DNA of 64,000 nt from assembly GCA_013265495.1 (NCBI GenBank), contig MU057930.1, forward strand, positions 505,599 to 569,598. Reading direction: 5' to 3'. Each line of letters begins with the position of its first letter. The first letter of the stretch is position 1. Positions 1-13,267 of the stretch are shown one piece after another. Source of the DNA: Vicugna vicugna (lineage: Eukaryota). The position numbers were made by a program, and so were the translations under genes. The notes below the pieces were generated by a model, which was given only the letters and a program-made list of their open reading frames with translations, was not told where the DNA came from and did no database searches.

Positions 1-1429
1 ATTTCTAGCTTCTACTGCTTGCAAACCCAAGACACAGAGTCGGGGGGAGAAGGAAGAGGTTTCCAAGTTCCTAAACACACATGCACACATGCACGCATGC
101 ACACACACACACACACACACGCGCAGAACTGGGGTGGGAAGCGAGAGAATATGAATTATTCCAAGTTCCCTTTTGTTGTCTTGTTCCTTTTCGAAACCAT
201 GTGGAACTCATCAGGCTTCTTTTTCACGGAGCACGCTGCTACCCAGAGACAGTCACTTATCTAGAAACCGGAGGACCAGAACTGGTGGTAGGTTTGACGT
301 GTGAGAAGAAACAACCTGAGAAGCTTCAACCAGGAGGAAGTTTCAGAAGCCGTGGTGGGTCCTGAGGGCCTCCTGCAGATTCCACTGTAAATGCTTGACC
401 CCGTTCTTTGACCTCAGATCTCTCTCATATGAGTCAGTCTTTTTTGCTCCATTCCGACTCTTGGTTGCGCTTACTGAAGTGTGTTCTGCTTACCATGGCA
501 AACAGGGCTTATTGTTTGTTTGGTTGGTTGGTTAAGTGGTTGTTTTCTAAGTGGTGTCTCTGTAGTTGATGTAGGGAATTCCAGTTACAAAACGATTGCT
601 TATATATTTATGGGGTGGAGGCAGACAGTCCTAGCAGGTGGCAAGCGTAAAGGTGAGATATTGTTTCAGGGAAATCTTGGAAGTTCAGGCTTGGCTGGAT
701 ACCTGCTATTCAAACTCGGATCATGTCTATTCTTCCTTGTAAGACTTAATCATGACTGCATTCCTCAGCTGGTTATTGTGTGGTTATTCATTTACTTTTT
801 GCCTCCATTTGTGACATGTTTCAATTATTCCCTTTCCACGTGATTTGGCATACGGGCTGTGCTCAAAAATACGTATTGAATGACTGCACGAATGAGACAA
901 TCTATAGAATACATGGTGTGTGAAGCGGACCGTCTTCCAAACACACACGGATTTGCGGTTTACAATTTCCATGGTGTAAATACTCAATCAGAGTTGATGT
1001 CAGACTATCTGTCGTTGACCAGATGGCTCGCAGAATTGCTGGAAATCATCCTAGAGCCAAGATGAGCCACTGCAGTACACGGCTCATCCACCGTGTGCGG
1101 GAAAGCTCTTGGATTCATGGGAACACCCCTTCTCAACAAAAGAACATGGTTAGTCATTTGGGGTCAGAAAGATTCTTCTTAAATAATTATTTGCTCTGTG
1201 TTGCCGGAAGCAGATTTTCTCGAGTGGAGAAGCCCTTGTTTGTTTTTGAGAGCATCTAGCAGAACCAGAACCAGACTTCTGAGCTTTACCTAGGAAATGC
1301 TGTTCCAGACATAGTTTCTTCCTGTAACAAGCAGAAATGTTGCCAAGCATGGCTTTGAGACATATAACCAGTAGAATAGAACAAGAAACACAAATAAGAG
1401 ATGGAACGGACAAAAGAATGAGCTATGAT

Positions 1430-2830
1430 TTTTCACAGACGATGTCATCAATTAAGTAGCTCAGCCGAAAATGATGTATGTGAAAAAGACCTCCACGAAA
1501 AGACTCAGCAAAGGTTTTCAGGACAACTGTGAAGAAGAGATCAGAGAGTTTCTGAAATAAAAAGATGCTTGTAAACACAGAGGCACAAGTCACATCCTTG
1601 TGTCGGAAGACACAAGTTCATAAACTATAAATATTGGAAAACTGGTTCATACTGAAAAAAAACCTTCCCAGTGAAATCTTGACAACTTTTATTGGGAAAT
1701 CTTACTAAATGAGATTTATCTCAAGGCAAAATTGGGCAAGAATGCAGAGAGCAATATGGAAAATACTAAGAAGCATGAACCGACCTGTTAAAATAGGACA
1801 TTAAAAAAAAAAACCCTAAAATAAGGCTGAGAACAGAAACTCACAGGGGTACTTAGTGTAAGGCAACCTTCTGATCACCTGGGAAATAACTAATCAATCT
1901 GTGGTAGTAGAAAAACCAGTTTAATGTTCAAGTCAAGGAAGATTTGATTTCCACCTCCTACCATAGAGCAAGCGAGTTACAAATGTCTTGAGTTTTGATA
2001 TTTAAGAATGAAAACTATTACAAAAGCATGCACAAAAATATCTAATCTTAGAATGAAGAAGGACTTTCTAAACATAACAAAAGGGTAAAAAGAAAAAAAA
2101 GGAAAAAAACGAGAACTACAGTGACCAACTATTTTGAAAACATCTGCAGTTCTATAAAAAAAAACTGAAAAAAAAGATGATGACTAAAAACATTAATTAT
2201 CTGCTGAATTTAGAACGAGTGTTAATGCCTTGTTGTGTACTTGCTGTATTTAGCACGGTTTGTTATGGTTTGTTACGTAAATCATTCTCATTACTTAAAA
2301 ACCAAAGTTCTAAACAGCCCAAAAGCTAATAAGTGATCCCTTTATGAAACAGCCAAGTTACGCATTTTGACTGTTAATTAAAAAGCATTAAAGGTAGAAA
2401 ATACATTGCTGTCTTTGAGGATGAAACTTGGGGTTGTGACAGTGAGAGCCTTTCTTGGGCATGCGTGTGGGGAACCAGATCCTCGTACGCCAATATGGCG
2501 GCAGTAGGAACTGGGAAACCCTTTCAGGGATTTGGGAAAACCTGAAATGTTTCCACTTGCCAAATGGTTGGCAGGAACCTTAACTATATTCATACCCCTC
2601 GCTGTAGCAATGATAGATCTCAGAATTTCAGAGATTTATGGGAGAGTCTTGGCAGAGATGGCCAACGATGGGGAACAATGTAGCTATTCCCACGAAGATA
2701 GGGTGAAACAGCATGTCCATTAATGGACTCCATGTGCAGCCATTGAAAGAGGTGTTAGTCTGACTAATAACATTGGGATATGAAAGTCATATATTGTTAT
2801 GTGGAAAATAAATGAAAGCCATATGGTTTG
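1430..2830 (+). mobile_element. Highly decayed ancient L1 remnants (L1ME-like)
   Basis: A-rich tract with degenerate L1 ORF2/3' phrases (cacagacgatgtcatc, ggaagacacaag, gaagaaggactttctaaacat). Boundaries approximate. Confidence 0.4.
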
Positions 2831-2864
2831 ACTTATAAGCAGAACTGTTATATATATGTGTGTA

Positions 2865-2895
<31 letters not shown>

Positions 2896-5274
2896 GCACA
2901 CACTTACCAAAATCTGAGCATGTTTAGAGTGTTTATTCCTTGGGTAATGGGATTGTGAATTTTTTCTATGAGTACTTTCTGTTTTTCCTACATTTCTATA
3001 TGTGATTATTTATAAAATGTATAAGACGAAAGAAGGCTTTACATAAATTCCGTATGCTACGAGCTTTCTATGTGAAAACACTAGGAATTTGATCTTTCTC
3101 ACCAAAAAGGCTCCCCACCCCTAGTCACATCTGCCTCTTTCTGGCCAAATCCTTCTGTCTTTCCAAGCAACCTGGCCTCATGGTGGGTGGCCTTCTGTGT
3201 AATATTCTGGTTTCTGCTGGAAGGATGTCAAGAAAGGTTACTTTTCCCCATTTTGAAATGTACTCAATGCAATATTTTCTGTAGGAAAAATCTCAGTGGG
3301 TTTTTATTTTAATTATTAGTTTAAATCCCAGCTTTGAGAAAATGTCTCATTTTCCAGAATCAACAGTAAGAAAATGAAATGGCAGTGGATACTAATCCAG
3401 TCCTCTGAAAACTGTGTTTTTCGTAGCTTCCTCTTTAACTATTCATTTAAAATAGACCTCCAGTTTCTGCAATAGTCCAGAAAAAAAAAATAGAAGGAAA
3501 AAAAGGGTTTACACACAGAATCTATTTTCATAATCATTCAAAGCCAAATCCTGAGGAAATCCATAAACTCCACTGCTTCATCCAGATTCTGAAAATGTAT
3601 CATTGAATTATTTTGACATATTTCACAAGAGCTTATACAACAGAAAGACTGTGAACCTTCACGGTACACATGAAATCTCTTGGATTTCTCTGTTTGTTTG
3701 CTTTTGTTATTAATGTTTTTAAATTCATGTTGCCAGACATTAATGGAAAATGGTCTTGTATTTTTCCCTTCCAAAGGCAGCATGTCCACATTTATTTTTA
3801 ATAAAAGAAAGTTGAATTAGGTTTTTCGCCAACAATGCATCACTACTCCCAATCTTCTCATGAGTTTGTAAAAATTAAAATATAATTTCCTCGTTCTCTT
3901 TTTTAAATGATAAAGGGGGAGTCAGGGTCTGGACTTCCTGACTGAGGCACCGTGGAAAGGTTTAATGTACGCCATGTTTAATAACCTAACTGAAACTTTA
4001 GCCTAGACTCCAGACAGTATTTCTCCGCCACTGATAGTCCAGAAAAATCAGGGCTGGCCATGGAATCCCATGAACTAGACTAAAGATGTAATACTGACAG
4101 TTCCTTGGTTATCTATTAAATCATGTACATGAAAGACTTTGAAAATTTACAACTCGTGTACAAATTTCAATCCACCAAGATGATAATAAAAATAGTACTT
4201 TTTTTCTACTTTCAAGAGCAAAGATGGTTCTCAGGAGGCATGGTGGTTATCATAGCACAATGGAGCCCCCAGGGCACCCCCTGCCAGGTGTTTTGGATCC
4301 ACAGTGATCCAGGGACTGAGGTTCCTCCCATCTTGTGGCTCTCTCATCCCCTAGTGTCTTATAACCTCTTTATTCATTTGGCAGATGGGAACAAAGCCAT
4401 CCTCACTTCTCCACCTTCTCTGCCTGGAAGGGACACACAGCATTGGTGAGAATTAGACATGTGACCACACCTCGAGGCAAAGGAGCCTGGGAAATGTAGT
4501 TTCTGCCTGGGAAGCTGTACTCCCACCAATATGGCAGCCGGTGCTTGAGGCTTGGGGGCCAGGTAACCACCTCTGCCTCAGGGCCAATGCATCCCTGTTG
4601 CTGTTTTAGCAGATGAATGAACTAGGTACTCAGTAACTGGGAGCCAGCTTACAGCGAGGTGGAATGGCTTCTTAAATGTGTCTTCTGGGCAGTAAAATGT
4701 GGGACATTCCCCCCAAAAATACGACCGAGATTTTTAAAATTCATTTTTTGAGGGTTGAAAATGTCCCCCAAGTTATGTGTCCTCTCCTGGGTATGAATTT
4801 TTGGGTTACCCACCTGTATACTTGGAACCCTATCTGTTCATTTCTCCATCTATTATTACATTCCGTCTCCAGAGAAAGGAAAAAGACATTTAAAATAAGA
4901 AGTAACTATTAAAAAGATGCTAGGATATGTGAAGGTACCTGGCTACTCTTCAGGAGGGTGGCATTCTCTTCTATGCATGGAAGGCTTTTTATAAACAAGA
5001 GGAGAGTTATCTGTACAGGTGAGATGCTGTAACTGGAAGAAATGAGTCCTGTACAATAGGTTTATAGTGTGTGGACCAGGTCCAGGTGAGCAGTGGTGAG
5101 CAGAGTAGGAGATTTGTGTGACTATTTTGTGCAGTAAAGGATTCAGCAGGAAATTTAAAATTGATTTAATAAGATACCTAAATAGGAGTCCTTGACTCTT
5201 GAATTCCAATACATACTCACGTATATATAATCTTACATTCATTTATGTATATTGCACATTTATATATTATATAC

Positions 5275-5790
5275 CATATCTGTCTATGTATCACCTGTCT
5301 AACCATGTAACTATCTGTCTGTCCGTCCGTCCATCCATCCGTCCATCTAATCGGTCTATCCATCCATCTGTCTAATCTATCATCTATCTATTTATCTATC
5401 TATCATCTATCAATCTATCCATCCATCCATCCATGTAATCTATCTTCTATCTATCTAGTCTACCTACCTACCTATCCATCCACCCACCCTATCTATCTAA
5501 TCTATCTAGCTATCTATGTATCTATCATTTATCTATTATGTATCTAAATATCATTTGTCTATGTATCTATCTATGTATCTATCATCCATCCTATCTATCT
5601 ATCCATCCATCAATTCTATCTATGTATCTGTCTAATCTATCTATGTATCTAACTATCATGTATCTATATATCATCTATGTATCTATGTATCCATCTATCT
5701 GTCTAGGTATTGTCTACCTGCCTATCAGTGAATCATATCTATCCACCTATCTATGTATCATCTATCTATCTTCATATTTGTATCTATTTA
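5275..5790. repeat. (TCTA/TCCA)n complex microsatellite
   Basis: Degenerate tandem TCTA, TCCA and TGTA tetramers. Confidence 0.95.
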
Positions 5791-5800
5791 ACATCTGTGG

Positions 5801-6008
5801 CAGTGGTTCTCATCCAGGGGTGATTAGGGGGCATTGAAAATATCTGGAGGCCTTCTTCCATGTCACACCTGGAGTGAAGGATGCTACTGGCATCTAGTAG
5901 ACGTAGCTTATGGATGTTGCTAAACACCCAACAATGCACAGGACAGCCCCCAGCCCAGAAAATGACCCGGCCCCAACCATCTGCAGTGCAAATATTGAGA
6001 AACCCTGC
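5801..6008 (+). mobile_element. MER20 (hAT-Charlie) DNA transposon
   Basis: CAGTGGTTCTC...TGCTACTGGCATCTAGT...TGCTAAACACCCAACAATGCACAGGACAGCCCC...TTGAGAAACCCTG. Confidence 0.85.
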
Positions 6009-6661
6009 CCCAGATGAAGGGTTTGACTATGGAGCACGAACTCTTCAAGCAGGATGTATCTCCTGCACATCTGGTTACCGCTGGGCCCCACCCTGGTACC
6101 TGGCACACGGTGAGGGCTGTGCAGTTATACTCAAGCAAGTAATTAATGAGCGAGAGTGTGTCCGTGCTCCCCACAGTCACGAAAAGCCAAGCTCTCTTTT
6201 GTTTCAACGACTGGCAGTCTTTCAAGATTGGCAGCGCTACCGAAAGTCACATTCTTCCCACATATTTACCTTGAGTTTCCTTTCTCCTCCCTCTCGGGGG
6301 AAGCAAAAGAATGCCGTGCTTGTGTGTTTGAGGAATACTGGTACATGGGTCCAAGACATCTCTTTCCTAAAGAGTACTGTCTGAGGATTGCTGTGGCACC
6401 ACTTCTCCACCCTCAAATTGTCTTGCTTCATACTGGAACCGTCACCATCGGGGACCACGGGTCCCTGCCAAAGAGATCGCTGGGCCCACTACCTTTCACT
6501 CAGCTTCCTTGCCTGTCAAAGCTTCGCAAAGAACAGAATAATTCCAATATGGTGAGTGAAAGCAATTTTTCAACCAACCTGACTTAAACCCCAAATCACG
6601 CTGAAGTGCTTTGGCCCTTGAAAATACTGCCATCTTTGCCCAGTTGTTTGGAAAATATTAT

Positions 6662-6687
6662 TTTATTATCAAATGTACACTTTTATT
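6662..6687 (-). terminator. Polyadenylation signals (two AATAAA)
   Basis: Minus strand reads AATAAA-AGTGTACATTTGAT-AATAAA (hexamers 6687-6682 and 6667-6662) with a UGUA motif between them. Another AATAAA lies at ~7053-7048. Confidence 0.75.
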
Positions 6688-7325
6688 GACCTTAAAAATA
6701 CAGTAAAGCAGTCATGGAAGTAACAGGTGTCCTACTTTCCGTGGACACGAATTCATAGGATGTGGGATATTCCAGGCTTCTCCTAAAAGCTCTGGATTCA
6801 CTTTGTGGGGTCACAACTTAACTCTCTCCTTCCCTTCCCCTCATCTCCGCTCCCCGCCCCCACAGCTCTCTCAGGGTGAACTCCATAAACAAGGAAATCC
6901 AGCATCTCAGCCTCCCCCAACGTAGGGTTCCTGGGAAAGGAAATATTCCAGTGGTTAATGAATACGAAGGAAGTCGGGGAGGGAAATATTTTTTAATTGC
7001 ATTTCCATAACTGCTGTAATGTATCCAAGTCTTGTAAAGACCAATAATTTATTATCTTTAATGAGACAGAAAGCATGTCTTTCTCTTTCTACTCTCATCG
7101 TCTGATTAGAAAGAAAAAAATTTTATAATATATATATATCTATCTATAAAACACTATTTAAAAAGTGAGTTCCAGGGAGAAAGTATTCTTTCATATAAAA
7201 TGATAGCTGTATTGTATGCAACTTGTACATGAAAAAACAAATAAAAAAAAATCAATCACTGTGGTTTTCAGCCCTGGTCGGGCAAACTGAAGATTTGAAG
7301 TGACAGAGGAAAGAAGGGGAAAATG

Positions 7326-7514
7326 GGTGCTCATTCTAGAACATTCTACCACGTTAAAGCAGCAGCAGGTGATGGTGCTCATTCTAGAACGTTCTACCAC
7401 GTTAAAACGGCAGCAGGTGATGGTGCTCATTCTAGAACGTGCTACCACGTTAAAACGGCAGCAGGTGATGGTGCTCATTCTAGAACGTGCTACCATGTTA
7501 AAATGGCAGCGGGT
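7326..7514. repeat. Minisatellite, ~4 x 48 bp, in the 3'UTR
   Basis: Unit GGTGCTCATTCTAGAACRTKCTACCAYGTTAAARCRGCAGCAGGTGAT starts at 7326, 7374, 7422 and 7470. Confidence 0.95.
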
Positions 7515-7921
7515 TAACTAAGGCGATGCGTCTTCCTCAGGGTAGCAAGGCACTGTGACTGTCTACCATTTCTTTTCCATGGATGTTCCTTAAGGATCCT
7601 ACAGATGCTCCTTAAAGCATCCGGGCAGTGTCTGCAGCACAGGGACGGCAGTTTGCACCCAAGTGCCGAGAAATGCAAGAACACATGGAAGCCTGTAAAC
7701 ACGGAAGAAAGATTCCCCAATGTCTGCGTTCCTTCCTTTTGTCAACAAGCGTGGGTCAAGGTCAGTATGAGCCTGAAATCCATCCTGGGGATGGGGGCGG
7801 CCACGGTGACCCACGGCACATCCTTTCAGAGCTCCAACTCTCGGGCCCCAGCCTCCCGTACGAACGAGGCCTTGTGCCAACTCCCTAAGCAGCGGCCGTG
7901 GGGTCCATGAGCTCCGGTGTT

Positions 7922-9830
7922 TCAGTAGACGTGGATGTACGTTGTCTTGGAGTCACTGCCAAGGATGTTTTTCGCGGTGCACTTGTAAAAGCCCGCGTCT
8001 CTCTGGGTGGCCTGTTGGATGGTTAAGGATCCCTGCGGGTGAAGGAATCTGTTCCCGTAGAGACGGGCCTGCGTTCCCGCCGTCAGGTGCAGTCTGTCCG
8101 GCAGCTCCCAGGTGATCTCGGCCTTGGGAATCCCCATGGCCATGCAGCTCATCTTGACGGTGCTCCCGGGCCGGGTGTAGATGACCGGCGCGGGCTCACT
8201 GGTGATTCGCGGCGGGTAGGCAATCACGATGACCGGGACGTTCACGACGGAAGGGCCATACTCGGTGTGTGTCTTGCACACGTAGGTCCCCCGGTCGAAC
8301 ACCGAGGCGTCGAGCACGGTGAGGGTGCCGTTCTCCCAAAGGGTGAAGCGTCCCCGTGTCTGGGGGCCCTCAAGAACCAGGCCGTTGGGCAGCGTCCAAG
8401 AGGAGCGTGCCTGCCGGCGCCCCGGAGGGGTGCAGGGCAGTTGCAGGGTCTCGCCGTTGATGATGCTCACCAGGTTGTGGTACTGGTTGCTCGTCTCAGG
8501 TTTCAGCCCCACCTTCAGAGAGACCAGCCGCTCGGTGTAGCCCGCCGAGTTCCTGGCCACGCAGCGGTAAGCGCCAGCGTCCACGGACGAGAGGCCACTG
8601 ATGTGCAGCCTGCCGTCCCCCTTGTGGAAGAACCTGTGCAGCTGCTGGCCACTCTGGAGCTCCGTCCCGTTGGGAAGGACCCACAGCAGGCTGGGCGTCG
8701 GGGTCCCTGTTGCCGAGCAGTTCAGACTGATGGTGTGGCCGGCCATGGCCGTGATCTTCTCGCTGACCGGGTCGTGGAAGACGGGCTTCTCCACCGGCTC
8801 CAAGACCGTGAGCTGGACCATCAGCCTGGCTTCTCCACCTTCATTGCGCCCAATGCAAGCCAGCTGCACGGAGTCGCTCTTCCGCAGACTCCTCATGTCC
8901 AGCGTGCCGTTGCGATGGATGGTGATCCGGTTGCCGTAGTACGGGGCCGGCAGCACCACGCCCTCGGGAAAGGCCCAGAACACTCTCGGCGTGGGGATGC
9001 CCTCCGCTCTGCAGTCGATCAGCTTCCGGCTCCCTCCCGGCGCTATCTCCCGCACCGTGGTGATGGCGTCGGGGTTTCCGTTGATCTTGGGCGGCTGCAC
9101 GTCGACGTGAATCCAGACCATCTTCCGGTCCTCGCCGGCGCTGTTCCTGACCACGCAGGTGTAGTTGCCGCTGTCCGAGCGCTGGGTTTTCTGAATAAGG
9201 AGAGTGCCATCGGGAAATATCTGGTACTTCTCGGAGGAGGTGGGGATCAGCCTGCTGGTCGGAGAAAGCCACGTCACCCTGGGCGTGGGCTCGCCTTTGG
9301 CCTCACAAGCCACGGTGACCACGTCCCCGTAGGGGACGTGGACCACAGAGTACGTCTTGTTCCGGATGGCAGCGGGCTCGGTCACCACCTTGACCCGCAC
9401 CCTCATCTCATCCTTGCCAACTTGGTTTTCAGCGAAGCAGGTGTAGTCGCCCTCCTCCCGCAACCCGACTTCGTTGAAGTAGAGCGTGCCGTTGTTGAAA
9501 ACAACGTAACGCTTGGTGCGTCCGCCGCTGTCATCGGACTGCATGAAAGCGTTGACCAGGCTCCCATCCGGGAGGCTCCAGGAGATCTCAGGGTTGGGGA
9601 GCCCGGTGGCCACGCAGTCGACCTTGAGGTCGCCCCCGTAGAAGACTCTGTGATCATTTTCCTCTTTGTGTTCGATCTTGGCTGGCTTCATGACCACGTT
9701 CACCTTGAGGACGACAAAGTCATCCCCAACCTTATTCCGGGCGACACACAGGTAATCCCCAGCGTCTCTGTCCGTGACGGACTTCACCACCAGGGTCCCG
9801 TTGGCAAACACCTTAATTCTGGAATCAAAG
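7922..9830 (-). CDS. MXRA5: MXRA5 exon 7 coding part (1909 nt including TGA): C-terminal Ig-like domains
   Basis: ORF 7922..9907 has repeated DxGxYxC motifs and ends ...DSKTTYIHVY*. Acceptor follows a long polypyrimidine tract, TTTTTTGGTCAG|C at 9830; stop TGA at 7924-7922. Confidence 0.97.
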
Positions 9831-11754
9831 CTGACCAAAAAAAAAGAAAGAAAGAAAAAGGAGTAAGATGTGAGTCTCCCAAACACTCTCTCCTGGCTTG
9901 AGGTCACTGAAATGAAACAGAAACAGATGGTTCTGAAAACGAGCAGCGCTCAGGGTTACCGCTCAAAATGTCAGCTGGTTTTTGCAGCCTGGAGGGGGTA
10001 TGGCGTCCAAATGCGGAAGTGATTTATTTACCACAAATAACAGCTCTCCAGTAGAAGTCTGACCTCTGGCTGGCCTGGCCACTGAAGATGTGCGATGCAG
10101 TCGCAGACGCAGTGTGGGAGGGTAGGGGTGTGGGGACCAAATATTTGCATGGGGGTCAGCGTGGAGCTGATTGTAATGAAAAAATCAGATGAGATGCTAG
10201 AGTCGTGGAGAGAATGAATACGCATTAACCTTAGAAAGAGGTGAATTTGTTCCTAAAGAAAGTGCTTTACAGGCTGTTTTTACTCTTGGCAATTTTTGAT
10301 TATATTGTCTCCCATCACAAGGCAACCAGGCAGGGGCCGTGCAATGGATCACGTAACTGCGGCTGGACCCAGAGTTTCGATGCTAAGACGATTCTTCCGA
10401 GATTGGTGCTACTGCTTTAAAGTCTTCTTCCCTAGAATCTGTAACAAAAGCTTAATGACCGTCACCAGCTCCCACCCCACCCCACCCATGCTGTCATTCC
10501 CTTCCCCTCATGGGACGGACCTGAACTCTCACACTGCTGACTTAATATTTAAGAAAGATTTGCCGTGTGAAGATGCAACACGGCAAGAACAATACAAGAG
10601 TCTTACTTGGCATGTGACATTTTCAGAAATACACACTGGCGTGTCCCTCAGCACTGCAGAACTAATGTTTGGAATAACAGGGTGAAGAGATTTGGGAAGT
10701 TCCTACTTTAAAAACGTCCAGAGTGAAAAAAAACAAAACAAAACACCCTCAATTTCATATAAATTGTAATACTGGCACCCGCCAGGGGAGCTTGAATATT
10801 CATACTTAAATATCTGCTGCACACTATGTCATTCTAATAGCCTGTCTGGAACTCTGTCATCGATTAAACAGACAAACAAAAACGTCTCCCTGTGATGGAA
10901 CCCAACCTAGTAACTCGATTATTGTTCATCCAAGCTCCTCCTAACAAGGACTAAGTAAATGGTTTCGTTGGCCATGAGTGAGAGTCAAGTTAACATGAAT
11001 TAGCAGGTCATTCAATGACAGTAGAGCAGACAGAGATATTTTGGTGTCTCTTGGAGTTAGAATCCAAAAATGAGTACAGTAGCATGTGTCTGTAAACATT
11101 TCAACACTTCTGTAGCAGCAGCTCCTGGCCTGGGCATAATGAGAACCAACAGAGCGGCTCTGAAAACTACCCATGTGCACACATCGCAGGGGACTTGGCT
11201 TCGAGACATGCAAGTCTGACATCTCTGCTTCCAAATAGTGCCAATGTGTAGGCGGGGAAAAGAGCCCGCTGTTTTATGAAGCTCACTTGGGCTGTTTAAT
11301 TACACACCACTGAGAACGTAGCGAGTCAGAATCTAGGAATGATGAAGCTATACAGAGACCGTGGTTTACAACTGAATCATGAGATACTAGTAGGGTGGCC
11401 CCCATTCACACTGGAGCAACACTCCTTTTCTTCAGCGTGCATTCAACACTGGCTCAACCCTGCCAACATCAATGGAAAACACTTCTCCACATGGCAGGGC
11501 AGAGGCTCAGCTGGAAGACACCGCAGGGAAAACTGCGTACGTGGTATCCTGGATCGACACTGCTTTCGGTCACGCACACTGAGATTCCCGGCCTGAGCTG
11601 CCAGGCCGTGGAGGCTGAAGGCACACCGTCAAGCCAGGGGATTTCCAACATGGCGCCACTGACATGTCTTCACTTCCATGTTGCCAATCATTGCCTTTTT
11701 CCTCTACATCTTGAAACATTTATTAGAGAGGCGTTGCCTTTTTGGGATCTAACC

Positions 11755-11970
11755 CAGGATTTCTCAGCCTCGGCACTAGTGATATAAGTGGCTGGAGGAC
11801 TGTCTCTGATGGGGGGGCATCCTGTGCACTGTAGGGTGTGGAGCTGCGTCCCCGGTCTCCCCTAATTAAACAGTAGCATCTCTTTCCCAGTAGTTGTTGC
11901 CATTAAAAATATCATCAGACATTCATGAGTGTGCCCTGGGGCATAGAACCATCTAGCTGACAAGCACTTC
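11755..11970 (-). mobile_element. MER20 DNA transposon
   Basis: CAGGATTTCTCAGCCTCGGCACTA...CCTGTGCACTGTAGGGTG, the reverse complement of the copy at 5801. Confidence 0.75.
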
Positions 11971-11971
11971 C

Positions 11972-12064
11972 ATAGATAGGTGATAGATAGATAGATAGAT
12001 AGATAGACAGACAGATGGATAGATAGATTAGATGGATAGATACATGTATGTATGTATGTATGGA

Positions 12065-12108
<44 letters not shown>

Positions 12109-12740
12109 GTAGACAGACAGACTAGATGGATGGATGGATAGATACATGGATGGATGGATGGATAGAAGGATGGATAGGTAGATAGAAAGACAAATAGATT
12201 AGATAGATAGATAGACAGACAGACAGATTAGATAGACAGATGGATAGATAGATTAGATGGATAGATACATGTATGTATGTATGTATGGATGGATGGATGG
12301 ATGCATGGATAGACAGATTAGACGATAAATAGATAGGTGATAGGTGATAGATAAATAGTTCAGTGGATGGAAAGATACATCAATGGATGGATAGATGGAT
12401 AGACAAATAGATTAGATAGATAGATAGATAGATAGACAGATAGACAGACAGATGGATAGATAGATTAGATGGATAGATACATGTATGTATGTATGGATGG
12501 ATGGATGGATAGACAGATTAGACGATAAATAGATAGTTGATAGATAGATAGTTCGGTGGGTGGAAAGATACATCAATAGATGGATGGATGGATGGATAGA
12601 CAAATAGATAGATACATAGATAGATAGGTAGATAGATACTAGATAGATAAATGGTAGATATCAGATAGGTGATGATAGATTAAAATAGATGATTGATCAA
12701 TGGATACAGATGATAGATAGTCGATAGAGAGACAGATAAT
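11972..12740. repeat. (TAGA/TGGA)n complex microsatellite in intron 6
   Basis: Long GATA/GGAT array that includes a perfect (TAGA)n run at ~12066-12106. Confidence 0.95.
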
Positions 12741-12756
12741 AGTTTTTCTTGATAAA

Positions 12757-12975
12757 GCAGAGTTTCTCAGCACTGCTGACACTGGGGCTGGAGGACTCTC
12801 TGGTGGGGGTGCCCTGTGCACTGTGGGGTGTTGAGCAGCACCCCTGGTCTTCACCCACCACATACCAGTAATGCCCCCCGACTCTGTTCCCTAAGTCACA
12901 GCAGCCAAAAATGTCTCCAAACATGACTAAATGTCCCTGGGGACAAAATCCCCTTTGGCGGTGACTCACTTTCCT
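12757..12975 (-). mobile_element. MER20 DNA transposon
   Basis: CAGAGTTTCTCAGCAC...CCTGTGCACTGTGGGGTGTTGAGCAGCACCCCTGG...AAAAATGTCTCCAAACAT..AAATGTCCCTGGGG. Confidence 0.8.
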
Positions 12976-13267
12976 AGATTTGGAAATTGAAAACAGGGCA
13001 ACAGAACGTGTTTTTTTTTTTTCCTTTTTTCTTAGCCACAGTGAACTTTTAGAATTCCAAAAGCACTACCCTCATGCAGTCATAATGCCTTTAAAACTTT
13101 CTTTTGTTTTACATACATTCCTTCTACCCCTAATACCATTTTAACATAACATCTGAGGCTTCCACGGGTTTTGCCGAGATTAGGTAACAGAGAAGACAAC
13201 TTAAATTGTTTCATCTAATTTCTGAAAATGCAGTTAAACTATGATCAATAAAACAAACCCGATTGGG

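Larger units (their letters stand above)
6645..7921 (-). other. MXRA5: MXRA5 3'UTR (~1.27 kb)
   Basis: Lies between the stop codon and the tandem AATAAA signals; distal part is AT-rich. Cleavage site is approximate. Confidence 0.7.

Noticed and set aside
4488..4502. ZNF143-like motif CTGGGAAATGTAGT
   Set aside because: Appears to lie in an old MaLR-type LTR remnant where this motif is common; no other support.
5538..5837. YLSI/IHPS-rich ORFs (also ~12.4, 28.2 and 44.8 kb)
   Set aside because: Translations of GATA/GGAT microsatellites.
7191..7521. ORFs with 16-aa repeats, or a CRISPR-like array
   Set aside because: Head-to-tail minisatellite with no unique spacers, in a eukaryotic 3'UTR; the ORFs are translations of the repeat.
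8039..9901. 620-aa antisense ORF over exon 7, and similar shadow ORFs over exons 5 and 6
   Set aside because: Expected by-product of high GC3 coding sequence, which leaves few antisense stops. It has a non-ATG start and no recognisable domain.
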